This document shows, in pieces, positions 1 through 9,137 of a DNA stretch of 64,000 nt; within the stretch, counting starts at the first letter, position 1, and each line of letters starts with the position of its first letter. Under the pieces are notes generated by a model. It searched no databases and was not told the DNA's origin. It was given only the letters and a program-made list of their open reading frames with translations. The translations under genes were made by a program, and so were the position numbers. Source of the stretch: an uncultured Solirubrobacterales bacterium (lineage in GTDB: Bacteria > Actinomycetota > Thermoleophilia > Solirubrobacterales > Solirubrobacteraceae); the NCBI GenBank assembly GCA_963787555.1, contig CAWBDI010000001.1, forward strand, positions 175,410-239,409, read 5' to 3'.

Positions 1-1
1 T

Positions 2-289
2 GTCGTCAAAAGGGTGCTCGCCGAACATGGACCAATCGCGGTCGCGGTGCTGTTCGCGGGCGGCGCGCAAGTGCCCGAGGCATGGGGTGAGGCGTTTCTG
101 ACGCTGACCGCGGACACGGCGGTGCAGGCCGCGCGAGTGCTCGATCCGGCACTGATCGTCCCGATCCACCAAGATGGCTGGGCACACTTCACCTCGAGCG
201 CCGAGGATCTGCGCGGCGCGTTTGCGGCCGCGGGCCTGACGGGCCGGTTGCGGGTCATCGAGCCTGGGGGTGAGGTGTCGCTCGCGTAA
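2..289 (+). CDS. MBL-fold metallo-hydrolase, C-terminal part (5' end outside window)
   Basis: Frame open from base 2; IVPIHQDGWAHF resembles the C-terminal metal-binding His motif of UlaG-like metallo-beta-lactamase-fold proteins. Confidence 0.65.
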   Translation, partial: VVKRVLAEHGPIAVAVLFAGGAQVPEAWGEAFLTLTADTAVQAARVLDPALIVPIHQDGWAHFTSSAEDLRGAFAAAGLTGRLRVIEPGGEVSLA

Positions 290-325
290 CCGGCGGGGTC
301 GCGGCCCGCCCGCCGCGGGCGGAGA

Positions 326-649
326 TCAACTCTGCTGCTTGACCCAGCTGAGGATCGCGCGGGAGTGGGTGATCACCGTGCCATCTGGCAGCTTCAGCGC
401 CGGCAGCTTCGCATCACCCGTCGCCGCGCGGAGCTCGTCCCGCGAGCCTTTGCGCAAGAACGGTAATGGGCTGCCGTGGCCGGCGATCACTTTGTTGTAC
501 TGGATCCCCGCGTCGCGCAGCGCTGCTTGCACGCGGCGACACGGATGCACTCGCGGGCCGCCGTCATCACCATGGCAGACGAACAGGGTGGGGATCTCGG
601 CTGCGGGCGGATCGGCCGACGTTGTCCCGTGCGTTTGATTCTCGGGCAT
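326..649 (-). CDS. Glutaredoxin/GST N-terminal-like thioredoxin-fold protein
   Basis: HPCRRVQAAL single-Cys motif; KLPALKLPDGTVITHSRAIL matches the cis-Pro and ES-equivalent region of GST-N folds. Confidence 0.65.
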   Translation of the reverse strand: MPENQTHGTTSADPPAAEIPTLFVCHGDDGGPRVHPCRRVQAALRDAGIQYNKVIAGHGSPLPFLRKGSRDELRAATGDAKLPALKLPDGTVITHSRAILSWVKQQS

Positions 650-695
650 CTCTTCTCCTAGCGATACGGAGGGCTCACGCCACTCGCTCCAGGCA

Positions 696-2669
696 TCAGC
701 GCTTCTCGGCCCAGGGCGATTGCTGGCGCGCGAGCTCCTCGTCGGCGCTGATCACGTGCATCACCGCGTTGATCAGCGCAAGGTGGGTGAACGCTTGTGG
801 AAAGTTGCCGAAGTGCCGGCCGGTGCGCGGATCGATCTCCTCCGCATACAGCCCGAGCGGGCTGGCGTACCCGAGCACTCGCTCGCAGAGGTCGCGGGCG
901 CGCTCGTGCTCGCCGATCTCGCCAAACGCAGAGACCAGCCAGAAGCTGCAGATCAAGAAGCTGCCCTCCGACGTGGAGAGGCCGTCGTCGGTCTCCTCGG
1001 GGCGGTAGCGCAAGACGAGGCCGGCCTCGGTGAGCTCGTCGGCGATCGCGAACACCGTGTTGCGGATGCGCTCGTCGCCCGGTGGCAGGAAACGCAGCAG
1101 CGGCATCAGCAATAGCGCCGCGTCTAGCGCGGTGGTGTCGTAGTGCTGGACGAACACGCCACGTTCGTCGATCCCGTGCTCACAGATGTCGGCGTGAATC
1201 TCGTCCGCTGCCGCTCGCCAGCGCTGCACGTGGACGGTGTCCTCGCGCATCGCGGCCAGCCGGGCGCCGCGGTCACAAGCCACCCAGCAGAACATCTTCG
1301 AGGAGGTGAAGTGCCTGGGCTCACCGCGCACTTCCCAGATGCCGCGGTCGGGCTTGCGCCAGTTGGCGATCGCGGCCTCGACCTGCCGCTTGAGGATCGG
1401 CCACACCCGCTCGTCGAGCGAGTCGCGCGAGCGGGTGTGTAGATACACCGAGTCGAGGAGGCTGCCCCAGACATCGTGCTGGCGCTGCTTGTAGGCGTCG
1501 TTGCCGACGCGCACCGGCCGGGCGCCGGCATAGCCGGCGAGATGCTCGAGCTGCTGCTCGTCGAGCGCCCGCTCGCCACCGAGCCCGTACATCACTTGCA
1601 GGTCCTCATCGGCGCCGGCGACATCGGCGATGAAGTAGAAGAAGTCGTTTGCCTCCCAGTCGAACCCGAGCGTGTAGAGCGCCCACAGCATGAACGTCGA
1701 ATCGCGAATCCAGCTGTAGCGGTAGTCCCAGTTACGCTCTCCCAGCGGCGCCTCGGGCAGCGAGGTGGTGGCGGCGGCGAGCAGCGCACCGGTCGGCGCG
1801 TAGGTCAGCCCCTTGAGCGTCAGCGCGCTGCGCTGCAGGTACTGCCGCCAAGGATGATCGGGAAACGTGCCTCCGTCGAGCCAGTGCTGCCAGTGGTGCG
1901 CGGTCCACACCAGCCGGGAGTAGGCCTCGGCGAAATCCTGCGGCGGGGCGTGCTCGCTCCAGTACAGCGCGCAGTAGATCTGCTCGCCCTCCTTCATCCG
2001 ATGCCGGGCGGTGGCCCTGGGACCCTCGAAACCCAGCCTGAGATCGGTTCTCAGCTTGAGCTCGACGTCGACCTCCGGGCAATGGGCTGCCCCCTCGTGG
2101 TAGCCGGGACCGATGTACTCCCAGCTTGAGCGCTTGCGGCCGTAGTCGTAGGCCGGCTCACACTCGAGCACCAGATCGACCTCGCCATTCACGCAGCGCA
2201 CGGTCCGCAACAAAACGTGGTCGGCGTCGTAGTCGGTGGGAGCGCGCCGATTGGTGCGCGAGCGCTCGTGCTCGTGATGCCAGGCGCCGATCAGCAGCAC
2301 GTCGCGGACGATGATCCAGCCAGCCCCGGTCCACCAGCTCGTCTCCAGCACCATCGTCCCCGGCAGATAGCGCCGGGACGCGGGGACGGTGATCCCCTGC
2401 GGCCCTAGGCGAAACGAGCCGGCGCTCCGGTCGAGCATCGCGCCGAACACGCTCGGCGAGTCGACGCGCGGGAGGCACATCCACTCGACGTTGCCGCTCG
2501 GCGCCACGAGCGCGACGGTCTCGCAATCGGACAAAAATCCGTAGTCGGCGATCGGAGGAAACGGGCTGCCGCGCAGCTGCACTCCGAGCGCGAGCTCGGG
2601 GGTCGCCGCGTGCGCGGAGTCCGGAGCGGTAAATCCCTCTGCTCGTGATCTTCCGTCAACTCTCTCCAC
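696..2669 (-). CDS. Glycoside hydrolase family 15 (trehalase/glucoamylase-like)
   Basis: PIADYGFLSDC, TTSLPE...RNWDYRYSWIRD, GIWEVRG, YAEEID...GNFPQAFTH motifs. Confidence 0.93.
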   Translation of the reverse strand: MERVDGRSRAEGFTAPDSAHAATPELALGVQLRGSPFPPIADYGFLSDCETVALVAPSGNVEWMCLPRVDSPSVFGAMLDRSAGSFRLGPQGITVPASRRYLPGTMVLETSWWTGAGWIIVRDVLLIGAWHHEHERSRTNRRAPTDYDADHVLLRTVRCVNGEVDLVLECEPAYDYGRKRSSWEYIGPGYHEGAAHCPEVDVELKLRTDLRLGFEGPRATARHRMKEGEQIYCALYWSEHAPPQDFAEAYSRLVWTAHHWQHWLDGGTFPDHPWRQYLQRSALTLKGLTYAPTGALLAAATTSLPEAPLGERNWDYRYSWIRDSTFMLWALYTLGFDWEANDFFYFIADVAGADEDLQVMYGLGGERALDEQQLEHLAGYAGARPVRVGNDAYKQRQHDVWGSLLDSVYLHTRSRDSLDERVWPILKRQVEAAIANWRKPDRGIWEVRGEPRHFTSSKMFCWVACDRGARLAAMREDTVHVQRWRAAADEIHADICEHGIDERGVFVQHYDTTALDAALLLMPLLRFLPPGDERIRNTVFAIADELTEAGLVLRYRPEETDDGLSTSEGSFLICSFWLVSAFGEIGEHERARDLCERVLGYASPLGLYAEEIDPRTGRHFGNFPQAFTHLALINAVMHVISADEELARQQSPWAEKR

Positions 2670-2735
2670 GAACGCAAGTATCCCGCCTCTGCGCCTGGCG
2701 CACAGGCAGAGGCCTTGCAGCCGCGGCGCGAGACG

Positions 2736-3659
2736 CTAGCTGCCTTCCAGCAAGCGGGCGAGCTTTGCCGGCGTCTCGTGCTCGGGCAGCGGCGTGTACA
2801 GGACCAGCCGAAGCTCTGGGTCGATCGCGGGATGAAAGACGGCGTGCTCGAACAGCATCACGCCCGCCTCCGGGTGGTGTACCTGCTTTCGTCCCTCGCC
2901 GGTGACGGCCACCTCATGGAGCTTCCACTCCTTACAGAACTCGGGGCTCGATTGACGCAGCGCGGCGATCAGCTCCTCGAACGCGGGGTCGCCGAGGTGG
3001 CGCGCGCTGTCGGCGCGAAACTTGGCCACCAGCAGGCGGGAGCTTCGCTCCCAGTCGGCGAACCTGGTCCGGCGGGAGGGGTCCATGAAATGCAGCCACA
3101 CGTGGTTGCGAGCGGACCGAGGGATCGCGTCGAAGTCTCCCAACACCGCGCACGCTGCTCGGTTCCACGCGAGATAGTCCCAGCGGCGGCCGAGGATGTA
3201 GGCCGGATTTGCGCCCAAGTTCTCGATCAGGCGACGAAGCGTGGGCGAGACCCGCTCGGCTGGCGACTTGGACGGTGGCGGTTCCTCGCCACGGCCCAGC
3301 AAGATCAGGTGGGTTCGCTCGGCGGGCGTGAGCCGCAGCGCCTTCGCCAGCGCCTCGAGTACGTCCAGCGAGGCACGGACGTCGCGTCCCTGCTCGAGCC
3401 ACGTGTACCAGGTCGTCCCCACGCCGGCCAGCAGCGCCACCTCCTCCCGGCGTAGTCCCGGAGTGCGACGCCGGCCGCCGTTCGGCAGCCCCACGCCTTC
3501 CGGTGTCAGGCTCGCGCGGCGGCGGCGCAGGAAGTCGGCCAGCTCCGCCCGCCGGCGCTCGCCATTTTGGCTCGAGTCGGCCCTGTCAGAAGCGATGGGT
3601 GTGATGTCTACTACCAGGATAACTTCCTCTCTTGTACCTGGATAGAGATTGTCGCACAC
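2736..3659 (-). CDS. XRE-family HTH regulator with MmyB-like ligand-binding domain
   Basis: ELADFLRRRR, RRTPGLRREEVA.LAGVGTTWYTWLEQGR, WDYLAWN, LRLVLYTP; start codon uncertain. Confidence 0.9.
   Translation of the reverse strand: MCDNLYPGTREEVILVVDITPIASDRADSSQNGERRRAELADFLRRRRASLTPEGVGLPNGGRRRTPGLRREEVALLAGVGTTWYTWLEQGRDVRASLDVLEALAKALRLTPAERTHLILLGRGEEPPPSKSPAERVSPTLRRLIENLGANPAYILGRRWDYLAWNRAACAVLGDFDAIPRSARNHVWLHFMDPSRRTRFADWERSSRLLVAKFRADSARHLGDPAFEELIAALRQSSPEFCKEWKLHEVAVTGEGRKQVHHPEAGVMLFEHAVFHPAIDPELRLVLYTPLPEHETPAKLARLLEGS
3612..3644. promoter_or_regulatory. Candidate operator: TACCAGGATA / TACCTGGATA repeat pair between divergent regulator and MFS genes
   Basis: Two 10-mers (3612-3621, 3635-3644) identical at 9/10 positions. 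Confidence 0.4.
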
Positions 3660-3667
3660 TGGACCGC

Positions 3668-5155
3668 GTGAATTCAATTACCGCCATCAAAACCTCTCGG
3701 CGGGCATCCACGAACGCGCTCCTGTCCGTGGTCTGCCTGGCTCAATTCATGGTCATTCTCGACGTCGCGGTCGTCAACGTGGCGCTGCCCTCGATGCGCG
3801 ACGGACTGCATTTCTCAACCACCGGCCTGCAGTGGGTGGTCAACTCCTACACGATCACGTTCGCCGGCTTCCTGCTGCTGGGCGCCCGTGCGGCTGACCT
3901 GCTGGGGCGCCGACGGGTGCTGCTCGCCGGCACGGCGCTGTTCGCGCTCTCCTCGCTCGCGTGCGCCCTGGCCGAGTCCCGGGGACTGTTGATCGGCGTG
4001 CGCGCGCTGCAGGGATTCGGCGGCGCGGTCGTGTCTCCGGCGACGCTGTCGATCATCACCGCATCGCTGCCTGAAGGCGCCGAGCGCAATCGAGGCCTGG
4101 GACTGTGGGCGGCGATTGGCGGCCTTGGCGCGACTTCCGGGGCGTTGCTGGGCGGAGTGCTGACACAGGCATTCGGGTGGCCGGCGATCTTCGCGATCAA
4201 CGTCCCGGTCGGCGCGATCGTGGTCGGACTCGGGCTGCGGGTGATTCCCGCCGACCTCAAGAATCCGGGCCCGCGGCATTTCGATCTCACCGGCGCGCTG
4301 CTGGTGACCGCGGGACTGGTGGCTCTGACGTACGGAATCGTGCGCACCGACGCGCTCGGATGGGGATCGACCGGCGTGCTCGTGCCGCTCGCGGCGGCGG
4401 CGCTGTTGATTTCGTTGTTCCTGTTCGTCGAGGGTCGCGTGGCCACGGCCCCGCTGATACCGCTCTCGATCTTCAAGCTGTCGCAGCTTCGGACCGCGAA
4501 CTCGGTCGTCGTGCTGATGTACGCCGCGCTGTTCTCGATGTTCTTCTTCGTGACGCTGTATCTGCAGCAGGTGCTCCGCTTCGACGCGCTCAAGGCCGGC
4601 CTGTCGTTCATGCCGATGACGCTGGCGGTGTTCACGGCGTCGTCGTTGGCGCCGCGCCTGGTCGCCCGCGCGGGCGTGCGCGGTGCCGTCACCGCAGGCC
4701 TGATGCTGGCCGCCGCCGGTCTCCTGCTGCTGACCGACGTGCGACCGGGCGGAAGTTATTTCGCGCTTGTGCTTCCCGGAGGCGTCCTAGCCGGCCTCGG
4801 GATGGGGCTGGGGCTGGTCGGGTCGACGATCGCCGCCACCCAGGGCGTGCCATCCGGCCAGAGTGGGGTGGCGTCCGGATTGCTGAACATGTCGCGGCTG
4901 TTCGGCGGCGCGCTCGGCCTCGCGGTCCTGAGCACGATCGCCGCGGGCAATTCGCACCCGGTCGCCGGCGTCAGCGCCGCTACCTCGCTCACAAATGGGT
5001 ACACGATCGCGTTTGAGCTCGGCGCCGCGATCTGCCTCGTCGCCGCGGTGCTCGCGCTGGTCGGACTGCGGCCTCGCGCTACCGCGGGGCTCGCGCCGGC
5101 CGCGGCTGAGCCTGAGCCCGACGGGCTCGACGAGGCCGAGGCGCTGGCGGCGTGA
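3668..5155 (+). CDS. MFS DHA2 (EmrB/QacA) efflux transporter, 14 TM
   Basis: AQFMVILDVAVVNVALP, GARAADLLGRRR motif A, WPAIFAINVPVG; GTG 3668 preferred over 3632. Confidence 0.93.
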   Translation: MNSITAIKTSRRASTNALLSVVCLAQFMVILDVAVVNVALPSMRDGLHFSTTGLQWVVNSYTITFAGFLLLGARAADLLGRRRVLLAGTALFALSSLACALAESRGLLIGVRALQGFGGAVVSPATLSIITASLPEGAERNRGLGLWAAIGGLGATSGALLGGVLTQAFGWPAIFAINVPVGAIVVGLGLRVIPADLKNPGPRHFDLTGALLVTAGLVALTYGIVRTDALGWGSTGVLVPLAAAALLISLFLFVEGRVATAPLIPLSIFKLSQLRTANSVVVLMYAALFSMFFFVTLYLQQVLRFDALKAGLSFMPMTLAVFTASSLAPRLVARAGVRGAVTAGLMLAAAGLLLLTDVRPGGSYFALVLPGGVLAGLGMGLGLVGSTIAATQGVPSGQSGVASGLLNMSRLFGGALGLAVLSTIAAGNSHPVAGVSAATSLTNGYTIAFELGAAICLVAAVLALVGLRPRATAGLAPAAAEPEPDGLDEAEALAA

Positions 5156-5349
5156 GCTCTCGCGTCGCGGCTGCGCTGGCGGCGGCGCGAGCCGCCGGCA
5201 TGCGGACGCTCGAGCTCGAGACGTTCAGCCGCCTCACGACGGTCGCGCAGCTGTATCGCGATGCGGGCTTCCGGGTCGAGAGCTCTCACCAGACCGATCA
5301 GTGGGGCCCGGCGATCGTCCTCCAGCGATACGCGCTCGAACTACGATGA
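5152..5349 (+). pseudogene. C-terminal remnant of a GNAT acetyltransferase
   Basis: ALAAARAAGMRTLELETFSRL...LYRDAGF resembles the GNAT C-terminal half; no acetyl-CoA-binding RxxGxG motif or N-terminal half; 65 aa only. Confidence 0.6.
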
Positions 5350-5353
5350 ACTG

Positions 5354-5815
5354 GTGGCCGCTCGCAGCGCAGGGATCTTGCTCTACCGCAAGCACGCCGG
5401 CGCGCTCGAGGTACTGCTCGTGCACCCCGGAGGTCCGTTCTGGGCGCGGCGGGATGCGGGCGCATGGTCGCTCCCAAAGGGCGAGTACGAGCCGGGCGAA
5501 GATGCGCTAGCGGCGGCGCGCAGGGAGTTCGCCGAGGAGCTGGGCGTGCGACCACCGGACGGTCAGGCGCGCGAGCTTGGGCAGGTGCGGCAGAAATCCG
5601 GCAAGCTCATCTCCGCGTGGGCGCTCGAGGGCGAGCTCGACGTCGAGGCGGTCACGAGCAACACGTTCGAGCTCGAGTGGCCGCCGCGCTCGGGGCGCGT
5701 GGAGGAATATCCAGAGATCGACCGCGCCGAGTGGTTCCCGCTGCAAGCGGCTCGCGAGAAGGTCAACCCCGCGCAGATCGAGCTGCTCGAGCGGCTCCAG
5801 CGGATCGCCGGCTGA
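5354..5815 (+). CDS. Nudix hydrolase
   Basis: Nudix box GEYEPGEDALAAARREFAEELG; SAGILLYR and HPGGPFW motifs; GTG at 5354. Confidence 0.92.
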   Translation: MAARSAGILLYRKHAGALEVLLVHPGGPFWARRDAGAWSLPKGEYEPGEDALAAARREFAEELGVRPPDGQARELGQVRQKSGKLISAWALEGELDVEAVTSNTFELEWPPRSGRVEEYPEIDRAEWFPLQAAREKVNPAQIELLERLQRIAG

Positions 5816-5828
5816 GGCGTTTGGGTTC

Positions 5829-5834
5829 TACAAT
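5829..5834 (+). promoter_or_regulatory. -10 hexamer TACAAT
   Basis: TANNNT match 10 nt before ATG 5845, consistent with a near-leaderless transcript. Confidence 0.4.
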
Positions 5835-5844
5835 TGAGTCATCA

Positions 5845-6714
5845 ATGATCCTCGCGACCCTCTATAGCGATCCGGCTTGCCCCTGGGCCTATTCGGAGAG
5901 CCCCGCGCTGCGGGTGATCGAGTGGCGCTACCGAGAGCAGCTGCGCTGGCGGCTGGTCGTGATCGGCCTGACCGAGTCCGCGTCGCAGTACGAGGCCCGC
6001 GGTTACACCCCGCTGCGCGGAGCGCTCGGGCAGCTTCGCTTCCGCGAGCGCTACGGGATGCCGTTCTCCCCTGCTCCGAAGGCGCGCGTGAGCGGGACTG
6101 CCCGGGCCTGCCGGGCGATCGTCGCGGCGCGACTGGAGCATCCGGGCAGCGAGTGGTCGGTGTTCCGAGCGCTGCAGCTGGCGAATTTCACTACCCCCTT
6201 GCAGCTCGATGACGATCGGCAACTGGCCGCCGTGCTCGAGCCGGTGCCGGACGTTGACGCGCGGGCGATCATCGCCAGGCTCGACGACCCGGAGGTCACC
6301 CGGGCCTACGAACTAGACCGCGCCGAGACGCGAACCGCGGCCGGTTCGCCGGCCGAGCTGCAGGGCAAAACCGCGACGACCGATGGGCCGGTCCGCTTCA
6401 CCGCGCCGTCGGTCGTGTTCGAGCGTGACGGGCTGCGGCTGACCGCCGGCGGCTTCCAGCCGGTGGAGGCCTACGACGTGCTGGTCGCCAACCTCGACCC
6501 GACGCTCGAGCGCCAGCCACCTCCGCAGACGCCCGCGCCGCTGCTCGCGCACTTCACCGGCGGGCTGACGACCCAGGAAGTCGCGGCGCTGATGGCCGAA
6601 GGCAACGACGCGCCCGACCGGGTAGTCGCGGAGGCCGCGCTGCTCGAGCTGGTGGCGGCGGGCCGGGCCCAGCGCCAGCCGCTCGGCGATGACGCGCTGT
6701 GGAAGGCCGCCTGA
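5845..6714 (+). CDS. DsbA/FrnE-like thioredoxin-fold protein (single-Cys CPWA motif)
   Basis: YSDPACPWAYS at N-terminus; VRFTAPSVVF cis-Pro loop; ATG 5845. Confidence 0.75.
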   Translation: MILATLYSDPACPWAYSESPALRVIEWRYREQLRWRLVVIGLTESASQYEARGYTPLRGALGQLRFRERYGMPFSPAPKARVSGTARACRAIVAARLEHPGSEWSVFRALQLANFTTPLQLDDDRQLAAVLEPVPDVDARAIIARLDDPEVTRAYELDRAETRTAAGSPAELQGKTATTDGPVRFTAPSVVFERDGLRLTAGGFQPVEAYDVLVANLDPTLERQPPPQTPAPLLAHFTGGLTTQEVAALMAEGNDAPDRVVAEAALLELVAAGRAQRQPLGDDALWKAA

Positions 6715-6789
6715 GCTACCGGCGATTTGACGTGGACGTTCTTAATCCGATATATGCGGGTTCAGATCGTCCAGGTCGGTGAGCCGGAC

Positions 6790-7383
6790 TCAGTCGTCAA
6801 TCGGCACGTGTTCCGGCGAGGCGGCAACGCGCTCGAGCCAAGCCCGCACCGCGCAGTAGGGTTCGAGCTCGAACCCGCCCTCGGGCGCGACGTGCGTGTA
6901 GGCGTAGAGGGCGATGTCCGCGATCGTGTAGCGCTCGCCGACCAGGAACTGTCGCTCGGCCAGGTGCTTCTCCAGCGCCGCGAGTGCCGCGTGGCCTCCG
7001 CGCAGCTTTCCCTGCAGCTCCTCCTGCGAGGGCTCGATCTCGGCGAGCCTCCAGAAACGCGCGACCGCGATGTAGGGCTCGTGGCTGTACTGCTCGAAGA
7101 ACAGCCACTGCAGAACCTGCGCGCGCTCGAAGCGCTCGGCGGGGAGGTATGGGGTGCCCTCGGCGAAGTAGCAGAGGATCGCGTTCGACTCGGCGAGCGC
7201 GCGGCCGTCGTCGAGCACCAGCGTGGGCACGCGCATGGCAGGATTCAAATCTCCGAGTAGCTCGCGGCGGCGTGAGCGATCGATTACATCCACCTCACGG
7301 CGCTCGTAATGCACGCCGAGATGGGCGAACAGCAGCCTGACCTTGTAGCAATTGCCTGAGACCTGGGAGTTGTAGAGCAGCAT
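6790..7383 (-). CDS. Glutathione S-transferase family protein
   Basis: SGNCYKVRL, NPAMRVPTL, LAESNAIL, YTIADIALYAYT. Confidence 0.92.
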   Translation of the reverse strand: MLLYNSQVSGNCYKVRLLFAHLGVHYERREVDVIDRSRRRELLGDLNPAMRVPTLVLDDGRALAESNAILCYFAEGTPYLPAERFERAQVLQWLFFEQYSHEPYIAVARFWRLAEIEPSQEELQGKLRGGHAALAALEKHLAERQFLVGERYTIADIALYAYTHVAPEGGFELEPYCAVRAWLERVAASPEHVPIDD

Positions 7384-7403
7384 CAGCCGGACCAGGACAC
7401 TTT

Positions 7404-7895
7404 ATGCCGAAGGTCGTACGCAAGGCCCAAACTGAGGATGCGCATGCGCTCGCGCTGGTCGTCGCGGCGGTCGCGGAGGAGGGGTTCCTCGGCGCCGAGC
7501 CGCCGGTCGACGTCGAGGAGCGCGCGCAGCGGCTGCGGGAGACGATCGAGGGCGAAGGCCGGGCGGCTGCCTGGGCGCTCGAGGACGGCAGCAGCGTGGT
7601 GGGAATGGCGAGCGTGGGGGAGCGATTTCGCGGCGTCCTGCAGCTGGGGATGGCGATCTTGCCGGCCGCGCGGGGGCGGGGAGGAGGGCGGGCGCTGCTC
7701 GAGGCGATCATGCAACACGCGAGCGTCACCGGAGCACACAAGGTCGAGCTCGAGGCCTGGACCGACAACGCCCGCGCGATCGCGTTCTACGCCGCCGCTG
7801 GATTCGAGGTCGAGGGCGTTCGCCGCGATCACTATCGCCGGCGCGACGGGCGGCTCCGCAGCTCGATCCTGATGGCCCGGCAGCTGTCCCGCTAG
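7404..7895 (+). CDS. GNAT N-acetyltransferase (RimJ/RimL-like)
   Basis: RGRGGGRALL motif A; NARAIAFYAAAGFEVEG. Confidence 0.88.
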   Translation: MPKVVRKAQTEDAHALALVVAAVAEEGFLGAEPPVDVEERAQRLRETIEGEGRAAAWALEDGSSVVGMASVGERFRGVLQLGMAILPAARGRGGGRALLEAIMQHASVTGAHKVELEAWTDNARAIAFYAAAGFEVEGVRRDHYRRRDGRLRSSILMARQLSR

Positions 7896-8064
7896 TGCGA
7901 CCCGCCGCTGTCGCCGACAGGGGAAGGCGAGCGATCCTGGATCACCCGCACCCCGGCGCGAGGCGCCAAGGTGATCGCCCGGAACTGAACCTTCTCGAGC
8001 TCGGGGTCAGCGGCCTCGCACATCGTCGCGGCGTGGGCTCGGATGTGCCCGCCGTGAAACGGGC

Positions 8065-8940
8065 TTACGGGTGCGCGGCGGGCGCCTGCGACGCGGCCGC
8101 CTTCGGGTCGAGGTCCGCCAGCGTCAGCTGATGTGCGGGCGGTCGCTCGAGCGGCCGGGTCACGGTTGCCGTCAAGCCGTCGTCGACGTGCAGGAGCGCG
8201 CCTGACTCGAGCGGCCGCCACCCGGGGTCCTCATCCATCCGCTCGGTGGCGACCACCACCGCGGGGCGGCTGGCGAAGTCGGCGCAGCGAACGCGGACGC
8301 TGCCCCGCGCGCTCGCGTGCTCGAGATGGCGAGTGCCGGTGGTGCCGCCGGAGGCGCGCTCGAGGACGAACAAATCGTGCACGTCCGGGTAGCGCAGCGC
8401 CCACAGCTCGGAGTCCGTGATCAGCACCAGGTTGAGCGCGAACACCGGCAGCTTCTCAGCCACCCAGCTGGCCGCTCGCGCGATCCCCTCACCGACGTCA
8501 CCGGTCCGGTCGATCTCTCTGGTGATCAGCGCGAAGAACCGCTCGGAGTCGGTGTCCCCTTTCACTTGTTCCATCGCGTCGCCGAGCTCCTGCTCGAGCC
8601 GCCCCAGGTCGCCGATCACGCCGTTGTGGGCGAACACGCGGCCGCGCTGCTCGAACGGGTGAGTGTTCTGCGGGGCGATCGCGCCGGTCGACGCGTAGCG
8701 GACGTGGGCGACGAACGTGCGCGAGGAGACCTCGCGTGCCTCGCTCGCGAACACCTGATCCTCGTAGGCGGCCAGCGGTTGCTTGAAGATCTCGGGACTC
8801 CCGTCCTCGCCGAACGCGCCCAATCCGGTTCCATCGGGCTCGCGGCGGCTCTGCTGCGCGAGCGAGTCCGGCGCCTCCAGCAGCCAGAAGGTCGCGCGAA
8901 CGCGCTCGCGGCCGCCACTCATCCCAAACAGCCGGCACAT
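8065..8940 (-). CDS. Class II glutamine amidotransferase (EgtC/Dug3/YafJ-like)
   Basis: N-terminal nucleophile MCRLFG; PDGTG, HVRYAS, NTHPF, AHNG, GDTDSE. Confidence 0.9.
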   Translation of the reverse strand: MCRLFGMSGGRERVRATFWLLEAPDSLAQQSRREPDGTGLGAFGEDGSPEIFKQPLAAYEDQVFASEAREVSSRTFVAHVRYASTGAIAPQNTHPFEQRGRVFAHNGVIGDLGRLEQELGDAMEQVKGDTDSERFFALITREIDRTGDVGEGIARAASWVAEKLPVFALNLVLITDSELWALRYPDVHDLFVLERASGGTTGTRHLEHASARGSVRVRCADFASRPAVVVATERMDEDPGWRPLESGALLHVDDGLTATVTRPLERPPAHQLTLADLDPKAAASQAPAAHP

Positions 8941-8963
8941 GCCGATCAGACGTTACCGTGCTA

Positions 8964-9071
8964 GGGCTCTGCCCCGCGGGCGGACTCGGGTTGCGCTTTG
9001 TATCGCCTGAGGGGCTGGATCGCTCCGGCGATACACAGCGCCACCCGGGCACGGGCCTGGAGGCAGAGCCC
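8964..9071. repeat. 108 bp imperfect palindrome in a divergent intergenic region
   Basis: GGGCTCTGCC (8964-8973) and GGCAGAGCCC (9062-9071) perfect 10 bp IR; inner arms 8988-9007 and 9027-9046 pair at 18/20. Confidence 0.85.
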
Positions 9072-9137
9072 ATCTGTCAAAGTAATTTCAAGCTTTCCGC
9101 CTACCGTGGGCGATGTCACGAGAAAGGTGGAGTCGTC

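Noticed and set aside
6727-6756. TTGACG-N18-TATATG promoter-like string pointing antisense into the GST gene
   Set aside because: The -10 lacks the conserved final T and no gene follows on that strand; too weak without TSS data
7892-8023. 43 aa minus-strand ORF after the amidotransferase (MCEAADPELEK...)
   Set aside because: No SD, no recognisable motif; length compatible with chance
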